Below are positions 1 through 8,123 of a stretch of 12,393 nt of DNA, in pieces; positions within the stretch are counted from its first letter, which is position 1, and each line of letters starts with the position of its first letter. The position numbers and the translations under genes are program-made. The DNA lies in assembly GCA_043228905.1 (NCBI GenBank), contig JBHGNT010001072.1:1-12393 (forward strand), read 5' to 3'. This DNA comes from Azolla caroliniana. Lineage: Eukaryota > Plantae > Polypodiophyta. The notes under the pieces were generated by a model. The model ran no database searches. It had not been told where the DNA came from and saw only the letters and a list, made by a program, of their open reading frames with translations.

Positions 1-2013
1 TTAGTAAAAACCCACAATTAACCAATTGTTTGTTTTCAATATCGGTATGAACTAATAAATCATCATCATTTATCAAGAAGTCATTAGCTTTGTAATAAAT
101 AAATAAAACAATTTAATGTGTCAAGTTTCAACAATTCAAAATCTTTTGAATATGAAGACATTTAGATGCCAAAGTTCCGTGGTCGAAATAGACAATGCTA
201 TTGTTTTAGTGCCTATAAGTCAAAACTAAGATAAGTTTACCATCTTAATCTAAAGATACCAAGGACCGTGTAGCACAACAATACAAAGTTTATACCTTGA
301 ACCATGACCACTCTTCTCTTTAAATTGTCAATCATGCTTTTGCAACATTTGGGAAGAGACAAACTCCAAGTTGTATTACTCAATCATTCTGTCATTACCA
401 AAAATGTCATCACCAAATTTTGGACGAAATGGTTCAAGTTCAAAATATCAAAGATTATATTTTTAGAGACATCATGATGCGAGGATGGGCATCATACCTC
501 CATTGTATGCATTTGGTTCATCCTAAGAATAGCTCAATGATGAACTTTGGATCAAGGTTTGATGTCCTTCACCACATTCTAAATTCTAATGTCCCTCCCA
601 TAATGGACGTGTAACCCTAAAAATAAAATATCGCATTTATTGCCCCTTAAAGGTGTAAGGGTCATTCAAAACCAAGATCAAGATTCTCTCTCTATTGTGT
701 TATATAGTACTTTATGGAGTTGCTTATAAAGTATCTAAACTTCATCTCGAGATCCTCCATACTAACATCAACAAGAATATCAAGAAAAGCTTCATTTACC
801 AGGATAAGTACATTGGTAGGATGCCCATCTTGTTTGTAATGATCTCGTGACGCCTACAATTTGGTTTGCATCAAGCCTAGGAGTGAGTAGAGGAACCTAA
901 GAAGAAAACGTCAATTTCATTTCATTTTACACATGTTATGGTTGTTGTGTGTATGTGATTTATGTCCAAGGTTGAAGCCAATTAGAAGAATAAAAGTGAG
1001 TACGAAGAAGAAGACAATAAGGAATTTGTATCATTAACTAGAGGAAAGATTTAAAGAATGCATATGTTGTGGAAATATTGTGTTTGTGCGTGAATGTTGA
1101 GCAAGACCACTAAGGGCCTAACAGCACGGAAGAAAGCTTCGATTATGGTTTTGTTGATGAAGGATTTTGGAGTTTGCATTTCTGATTAGCACATGTGCAC
1201 TTGTAGGCGTCACTTTGTCTAGTTGGGGAAGGTTTTATGTTGTTAGCGCTTATACATGTGTACCGTGGTTTGATTTGGTAGATTAGTGTGCATGTCTATG
1301 CGTTGATGTTTGTGGATTCTTATGTGTTGTCTTTGTTGAGTTGACTTACATAGGTGTTTTATATTAATGTGTAAATGTGTGGATTTGTTTTTACATATTA
1401 AATTTTATGGGGGAAGGAAGGTTTGACTTCAGAAATTAGTTTGTGTATGTATTATATTGGCAATAAGATGAGTATTTGGCGACCATAAGTGAAGTTGTGT
1501 GTAAACAATTTGGATCTGCATGTGTTTGTATTATTTTATATAGGGGGTAAACTTTAGGAATTGGATAATTTAAATATATTACAATTTCTGTAGGAAAGGA
1601 GGGGTATTTGGGAAACATAGTGTTCCCCCCTTACCCCGCTTTTGTTTTTCTCTTGGGTTGGTTCTTAGGTGGGTGGATAAGTGTAAAAGGAAGGGCTGAA
1701 AAGTGTTTCCTACATCTAAAACCTAGGCTTAGTGGTTGTCAAACTACAATCATCCTCTCCTCCCCCCTCCTCCCCCCACCCGCTTCATTGTTGTTGAACG
1801 AGGTGTGGTAGGAGCACATTTGTTTCCTAACTTCTTGTAGAAATTTCTATCATATGTTGTTAATCTCACTTGTTAAATGTCATTAATTGACATTTGTAAC
1901 AAGGACTACATATTAAATATTTAATATTCTTATGTAAATGAATCTTAGTCCAAGAATATTAGATGATGCTTTAGTTGAATATTTGGATTTTGGACCAAGT
2001 AAAGCTTGAAGGA

Positions 2014-2174
2014 TTCCGATGTGTTAAGGGGTTCCGTGATCAGAACCATAAAACACCACCTCGATGGATTGAGGTGAGGGCCTTCTTGACGGGTAGAGAA
2101 GGCCTTGTGAGGCGTGGGCTTCTAAGTCTTCTCGACGGATAGGGAAGACACCCATGACTCACATGGGATTGGAA
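2014..2174 (+). ncRNA. Candidate structured RNA: closing stem plus six abutting hairpins (unknown family)
   Basis: TTCCGAT (2014-2020) pairs with ATTGGAA (2168-2174) and encloses hairpins at 2021-2056, 2057-2076, 2077-2106, 2109-2122, 2126-2149 and 2151-2167. The stems contain six G-U pairs and no A-C mismatches. Transcription is not shown. Confidence 0.55.
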
Positions 2175-2184
2175 GCTAGATAGT

Positions 2185-2300
2185 GGGTGGTATGTTCAGT
2201 GGGTCCAAATACTTCACCTAGTCATCCTTCACACAATCAAGTAGTGTTGGTCACGCGAGTTTGAGTCTGAGTGGAGATCCACCCTAATCATAAAAAAAAA
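2185..2300 (+). mobile_element. Possible SINE-like / retroposed 3' module with degenerate Pol III boxes and an A-tail
   Basis: Box A-like GGTATGTTCAGTGG (2189-2202), box B-like AGTTTGAGTC (2258-2267), GGGTGG (2185-2190)/CCACCC (2279-2284) complementarity, and an ending ATCAT-A9. No clear target-site duplication. Confidence 0.35.
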
Positions 2301-3252
2301 TTGGTGGTGTAATGGGGTTGTAGTTATGGTTGTTCGTGATAGTTGATCTTAGAACGAAAGAAAATTAACATATATTGACTTGCAATCAATAGGGTGATTT
2401 TTGTAACATGACATTAAGTGAAAGATGAATCTTTCTAACCCGCCCGAAATGGGTAAGGAAAGAAAAGGTGGGGGTTCCTAGAACAAATCCAGTGGGGGCA
2501 TTTATCATAACATGAAAAACCAATCCATAGATAGCTTGTGTTATGCCCATATATCTAAGTTCATCTTGGATCAGATTTTTATCCTTAGCATTGTCAGATG
2601 ATTGTTATTCAAATGGTACTATAATACAAGATTCTCGTGTGATGCATAGATGATCTACCTTATTTGTAGATATTGCCCACATGCTAGTATAAACCCACGC
2701 ATAATTAAATAGAACTAACAATCAATACTATATTGTAAAGTCATAATGACATGAGCTGATTCACATCACACATATTCTAGAAATACTATTTTGTTGCTCT
2801 AATAACTAATTTTTTAATCCACATTTGCTTATTAGAATCTCTCCCTCTCCCATATACTCTAAAAGTGGACGTGTTTTACATACCTTAGCACTCATGTTGC
2901 ATACCATTGCATAAACTCTCTTTACTCTATTTGCCAATAAAATATGACATGCAAATGGAGATAGCATTGTAGTATGAACGTGGTGATGTTCTTCTGTTGT
3001 TGTTGTTATATAACATAGTGTTTGCATTGTTATATGTCTTTATCTTGGAGCTGCAAATTTTTTTCTTTCAATGGATTGTTAACGAACATTGGGAAAGAGA
3101 GAGAGAGAGTACGTGCATTGTTTTGTGTAGGCATTGACTTAAGATTTGGCAAAGGTAATGGGGTGGATGTAGTAGAGTTACAAGCAAGCAAGCTGAGTGA
3201 GTAGTAACTTAGTAAGTGCGTGTGCTTTTTTATATTGAGTAAGTAAGTCAAA

Positions 3253-3270
3253 GTGTGTGTGTGTGTGTGT
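3253..3270. repeat. (GT)9 microsatellite
   Basis: Read directly. Confidence 0.97.
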
Positions 3271-3575
3271 TTGGATAGAAAAAAAAGAAAACCCCGGTTC
3301 CCCAGGGGCCACCATAACGGACGGTCTCCGTCCTTCTTCCTTGGGATGCCGCGTTCTCTCTCATTCATTCGTTACATACATACATTATACATACATACTT
3401 GTTTTCTTTCTTCGGGAACTACGACCTTTTCATATCATGACCGGGGAAAAAGTACACAAACCCCACTGTCGACTCACTCGGACAGCTCAACCACAAACAC
3501 GCACAAATCACACGCCCACTTCCTTCTACTAAACTTTTGGAGACATGCCACATTGCCACTCTGTCGATCTTGTCT

Positions 3576-3648
3576 ACACACACACACACACACAAGGAAA
3601 AGGGGGAGAGGCGGGAGCTCTGTGTGTGTGTGTGTGTGTGCGCGCGCG
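3576..3648. repeat. (AC)9.5, 26-nt spacer, then (TG)10(CG)4: an inverted microsatellite pair
   Basis: AC tract at 3576-3594, TG tract at 3621-3640, CG tract at 3641-3648. Confidence 0.95.
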
Positions 3649-3669
3649 TTCCCACTCCCTCCCCATTCT

Positions 3670-3708
3670 CACCACCACCACCACCACCACCACCACCACC
3701 ACCACCAC
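3670..3708. repeat. (CAC)13 trinucleotide microsatellite in the presumed 5' leader
   Basis: Read directly; ends ~45 nt upstream of ATG 3753. Confidence 0.97.
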
Positions 3709-3752
3709 CGTCCAAGGAACCAACGCCTTTTCTTCTTCTTCAATCAACTGAA

Positions 3753-4837
3753 ATGCTGCGGTGGCGTCACCCTGCCGTGGCGCCGCCTCCGCCCTTCCTC
3801 CTCCTCCTCCTCCTCCTCACTTGCCACCTCTGTGCTGCGCAGCAGACACCCTCCCCCTCCGCCTCCCCTCCCCCTCCGCCTATCTCCGCCTCCTCTCCTC
3901 CCCCTCCGACCCCTTCAGATCCACCCCCCTCCTCGCCTCCTCCTCCTTCGCCCCCTTCTGATCCACCCGCCTCTCCTCCTCCTCCTCCTTCAGATCCACC
4001 CGCCTCTTCTCCTCCACCTCCGCCCCCTTCTGATCCACCCGCTTCTTCTCCTCCTCCTCCTTCGCCTCCTTCAGATCCACCCGCCTCCTCACCTCCACCT
4101 CCGCCCCCTTCTGATCCACCCGCTTCTTCTCCTCCACCTCCGCCCCCTTCTGATCCACCCGCCTCCTCTCCTCCACCTCCGCCCCCTTCTGATCCACCCG
4201 CCTCCTCACCTCCACCTCCGCGCCCTTCTGATCCACCCGCCTCCTCACCTCCACCTCCCCCCCCTTCTGATCCACCCGCCTCCTCGCCTCCACCTCCGCC
4301 TCCTTCAGATCCACCTTCCTCCCCTTCCACGCCGCCTCCCTCTGATCCAACCCCCTCCTCGCCTCCTCCACCTCCCCCCTCTGATCCGCCATCATCTCCC
4401 CCGCCGCCTCCTCCCTCTGACCCAACCTCCTCCTCCTCACCGCCTCCTCCTCTCTCCTCACCGCCACCCTCTTCCTCTTCTCCTCCTCCTCCGCCATCTT
4501 CTTCGCCTCCCTCAGATCCGCCACCCTCCTCATCAACGTCGCCTCCCTCTCCCCCTCCCCCTCCACCCTCTTCCTCATCATCATCTCCTCCTCCTCCACC
4601 CTCTTCCTCCTCCTCCTCATCTCCTCCGCCGCCGCCTCTTCGCTCATCACCTCCGCCACCGCTTCGCTCTCCTCCTCCTCCGCCGCTTCGATCTTCACCT
4701 CCACCTCCTCCATCTCTAACTCCTCCGCCGCCGCCACCATCTCCCCGTCTGACGTCACCACCTCCAAGCAGCCAGCCTGTCGCATCCTCACCCTCGCCGA
4801 ACGCCCTTGGATCAGTGCCTGGATCAGGATCTCCGAT

Positions 4838-4870
<33 letters not shown>

Positions 4871-5027
4871 AGGCTCGTCGAGCAACCTGACAGGTGGCCA
4901 GAAGGCTGGGATCGCAGTGGGCGCCCTGCTGGGCGTGGCCGTCCTGGGCCTGGTCGGAATCTTCTTAAAAATCCGATATGACCGTCGAGCCAATGCCATG
5001 GACGATTTACGACCCGAGACCGTATGA
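3753..5027 (+). CDS. Membrane-anchored extensin-like (Ser-Pro-rich, HRGP-type) protein, 424 aa: signal peptide, Pro/Ser repeat ectodomain, one TM helix, 19-aa cytosolic tail
   Basis: The first ATG in the 3537-5027 frame is at 3753. MLRWRHPAVAPPPPFLLLLLLLTCHLCAA|QQ looks like a signal peptide. It is followed by many SP3-SP6 motifs, a TM segment AGIAVGALLGVAVLGLVGIFL (4905-4967), then a basic KIRYDRR and TGA at 5025-5027. Confidence 0.88.
3915..4526 (+). repeat. Coding minisatellite, ~39-nt unit encoding SDPPASSPPPPPP (15 SDP-headed units, 9 beginning SDPPAS)
   Basis: TC(T/A)GATCCACCCGC... recurs at a ~33-42 nt period, counted from the translation. Confidence 0.95.
4838..4870 (+). repeat. (CACGAG)5.5 coding hexamer repeat giving a (Thr-Ser)n stalk
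   Basis: Read directly; encodes TSTSTSTSTST just before the TM segment. Confidence 0.95.
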
Positions 5028-5358
5028 GCCACCATTTTGTCCAGCTCCACCACTCACGGAGGCAAGACCGTCCATATAACGATCATATTCGTTGGTTCTC
5101 TTGATTTCATTTGTCCGGCCTCCCATGGCCCTAGTCCACCCCCCAATAATCTTCTTCTTCTTCTTTTTTGTCCGCGTTGGATTTACATCAGACACCCGAG
5201 AGAACATTTCGTAGTTTGTCTCTCTTGTCTGCCTGGACGATTTATGGCTGGTCACCATTTACTACTACTACTACTGTCCGCCCGTCCCACACGGCCAAGC
5301 ATTTTTTTTATGTCATGGATTGGGGAGGGGAGTGGTGGCTCATTTGGTCGGTCTATAT

Positions 5359-5444
5359 AGCTCACATTGTTTTATAGTTCACGTTGTTTTCCCATCTTAT
5401 CAGCTCACATTGTTTTATAGTTCACATTGTTTTCCCATCTTATC
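5359..5444. repeat. Two-copy 43-bp tandem duplication (1 mismatch), with an internal AGYTCACRTTGTTTT sub-repeat
   Basis: 5359-5401 vs 5402-5444. Confidence 0.95.
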
Positions 5445-5930
5445 GTAACACATTTGTGTTGGATATGATTCTTCTCATGGGCATTGTCTTTATGTAATGT
5501 ATCGTTCACATGTTGCGTGCAAAGGTTTCTCTTTTGTAATGTATCGTTCCCCCCATTCGTTTTCGCCATCATACCTAAAATTGGGTAGAATTTAAATTGA
5601 TGGCTCCTTAGGTGCTCTTAATACATTTGACTTGCGAGACATGCGAAAGTGCAATAAGGGAACACTTTGGCTAAGTTTTTCATGGTCCATAATATAACAA
5701 AACACCTTCGGGGTAGCTGGTTACCACACTAGAAAATAGCATGCAACACTACAAATTTTCAATTTGATTGATTAATCAGGACTTGAATGGGTCAATTGTT
5801 AATCATTAACCCAAACTAAAAGCATAAATATTTGATGTCTTGCCTCTTTCATCAACAAAAACTATAGGTCTTCTATGCCTTGTAACAATCCAAGAAGACA
5901 ACCAAAATGTCCCCTTTTAATTATTTGAAC

Positions 5931-6010
5931 AGTAGGTCATCACCAATGTAAATTGTTGCAATCTAAGAAGAGTAGGTCACCACCAATGTAAATTTTTGCA
6001 ATCTAAGAAG
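5931..6010. repeat. Two-copy 40-bp tandem duplication (2 mismatches)
   Basis: AGTAGGTCAYCACCAATGTAAATTKTTGCAATCTAAGAAG x2. Confidence 0.95.
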
Positions 6011-6859
6011 AGTGTTAATCAATGTAATATCCTAATATTTCAACAATGCATACAAGCTTAAGCACACTTCTTCTTTGTGCAAATTTTCAACATTTCACAT
6101 GGTTGTCTTGGGTCTTCACAATATTTGAGATTAAAAAACAACTTCTTTTTGTGACCTTGAGATTAACACAATCGATGTTGTGCTTGTTCTATCATATTAT
6201 TTAGCTTGTGAGAGTCCATAAACATTCATGCAACTTAATATAAATATAGTCATTTTATATAGATAGAATTTTTTCATGAAGAAATATCCATAAGAAATTC
6301 TTGCACTTGGTTATTGAGGATAGACACAAGTATGGAGTGTTGATTAATTCTGCTCTTTTAAGGAAATGATATATCATATGAATATGTTGATTAACTTTGT
6401 TATTTTGAGGAAAAGATATGAACTATGAGCCTTTTCTGACATGATGTCATTTGGGAGCTTGTGTAAGTGGACCACGTTCAAACATATAGTCGAAAATAAT
6501 ATACACATAAAAAGGAAGCAGCAAAATGTCTTTTTCATCTTCTCGTGTGCCATCATTTATGAAATACACTATACATATATATATAATGGTGTGATACGTA
6601 CAATATAAATCATTGCCCATTTGGTATGGTAAATGAAGTGAAAATGAAAAACAAGGGAATTCTTTTTTACAAAAATAAACACAAGGGAATCCTCTTTCCT
6701 TGAATTGATCGAGTTATGGTGTTGTGACATGTCGAGAAACCGCTTTGCTTAACTTTTTGAGGACGTATCGGAATGTCCCTATGCTTTCAATATCACCACA
6801 ATACCCTTGTGATTTTTCATATTATGGGGTGATTAATCTTGGGTTAATCTTGTGAGAGT

Positions 6860-6864
<5 letters not shown>

Positions 6865-6907
<43 letters not shown>
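6865..6907. repeat. (GA)21 microsatellite
   Basis: Perfect 43-nt GA tract. Confidence 0.99.
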
Positions 6908-6909
<2 letters not shown>

Positions 6910-6914
6910 TAGAT

Positions 6915-6983
6915 GGATGTAGCTCAGTTAGTACGGTTGCCCAATTGAGACCACGCGGTCATGGGTTCAGATCTTACATTCCA
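6915..6983 (+). mobile_element. tRNA-derived SINE head or tRNA pseudogene
   Basis: GGATG-TAGCTCAGTTAG (box A, 6920-6931) and GGTTCAGATC (box B, 6964-6973) sit at tRNA-like spacing. The ends GGATGTA/TACATTCC are near-complementary. The D, anticodon and T stems do not pair well, so this is not a functional tRNA. Confidence 0.6.
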
Positions 6984-7206
6984 CAATGGCGTCTAGTATG
7001 GCATCTAGTAGATAAAGAGATATGTATGGAGTAACAAGAGATAGAGAAAATTGGGAGATAGAAATAGTGCTAGTAATGTAATAACTTACCAATAAGGTAA
7101 GTTAATTACCATAAAAAAGAAAGAAAGAGAGATAGTCAGGTATGGTATCTGTTGTATTGAATCTAAGATTAATTGTATCAATGTTACATTTTGTTTAGGT
7201 TATTAG

Positions 7207-8123
7207 TAGGAATCGACAACCGCTCGGCTCTGGTCAGGCTTGAGCTTGCTTAAACGGTTTGAGGTCGGTGTGGCTTGAGCCTTGCCAAACTAACTCAAAT
7301 TGGTTAACTAGGTTACGCCAATTTAACTTTTCACTAGTGTTAGTTTAATAATAAGTGTGATTTTTACTAGAAGTTAGAAATGGAGAGTCCACTATCGAAA
7401 TCAGACATGAGAGAGAGGGAGATGGAGTGAATGAAAGAGTTGGAGCCTGCACAATGCACCATGACGCCTTTTGTGTAGCAATTTGCAAGAAGGACCTCCT
7501 TCTATCGAGCTCAGAGCACCTCCTACAGCCTGCATGCCTTCTTATAATGAGGGATTAGACGGAGATTACTGATTAGGGATGAGGATTTGAAGAAGATAAA
7601 TGCTTATTAACGAGGATCAGAAGAAGATTAGAGATTAAAGGTTTAGAATTAAGAGGAAAATTAAAGATGAGAAGAACGAGAAAGTTAGTGATTACTAATT
7701 AAGAATTGGGATTGCAAGAAGATTATGTAGAAAATGAGAGACGAAGAAAATAAGTCAGGGAAGGGATAGAAATTAATCATTATTTAAAAGAAATATATGT
7801 ATGTATGTACATATTAATTGGAGAAAGAAAAGCAAAACAAAATTAATTGATTAATAATGTGAAGTACAGGGAATGTAGGCAGAATCTAAGGGACGAAAAC
7901 ATGCGTTAGTTAATTCATATTTTATTTAATTAATAACATGGCAAGGACAAAAAAGAAAAGGAAAAAAGAAAACAAAAAGAAGGAGAAGGAGAAGCAAGAG
8001 AAAAAGAGAAACCAGAATTTAATGTAGGTTGGGCCAAACCAGTTTAGGATTGGTTTGGTTTGGTTCGGTTCGGTCAAGGCTTAATCGGTTTGGCTTGGAT
8101 AAGGCCACAAAATATGCACCTCT
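7207..8123. mobile_element. Possible decayed non-autonomous hAT-like DNA transposon
   Basis: GGCTC/GGCTT/GGTTT/GGTTC pentamer clusters at both ends (7221-7290, 8028-8100). The right end TGCACCTCT resembles the reverse complement of TAGGGGTGCA-type TIRs, and the left end is TAGGAATCGACAA. The TIRs match poorly and no 8-bp TSD was found. Confidence 0.3.

Larger units (their letters stand above)
3545..3751 (+). other. Possible upstream ORF (68 codons) ending 1 nt before the main ATG
   Basis: ATG at 3545 and TGA at 3749-3751 in the context TGA-A-ATG. The transcription start is unknown. Confidence 0.3.

Noticed and set aside
1-1811. Short ORFs (420-614, 1436-1618, 1608-1811) and possible decayed minus-strand coding at ~150-610
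   Set aside because: AT-rich, with multiple stops and no recognisable domain; probably old TE debris that cannot be assigned.
2151-2179. Helitron 3' end (hairpin + 8 nt + CTAG)
   Set aside because: The CTAG is followed by A rather than T, and the hairpin is better explained as part of the closed multibranch fold. Not fully excluded.
1997-2290. Assignment of the structured element to RNase P/MRP, telomerase RNA, group I/II intron, hammerhead, 5S or U1
   Set aside because: Only fragmentary resemblances (GTAAAGCTTG, ACCCTAA, GTTCAG, ATACTTCACCT). The required conserved cores are absent or in the wrong order.
5022-5027. GTATGA as a splice donor extending gene 1 into a kinase or formin domain
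   Set aside because: The exon-side context (ACC) is poor, and no coding-like + strand exons are visible before the convergent PPO.
3253-5053. Long overlapping ORFs (3253-4719 +, 3767-5053 -, 3880-4791 -, 3419-3715 -)
   Set aside because: These are shadow frames of the stop-poor C/T-rich Pro/Ser repeat and the microsatellites. Only the 3753-5027 frame has a coherent signal peptide and TM.
6915-6983. Functional tRNA gene
   Set aside because: The cloverleaf arms do not pair and no anticodon can be assigned; kept only as a SINE head or pseudogene.
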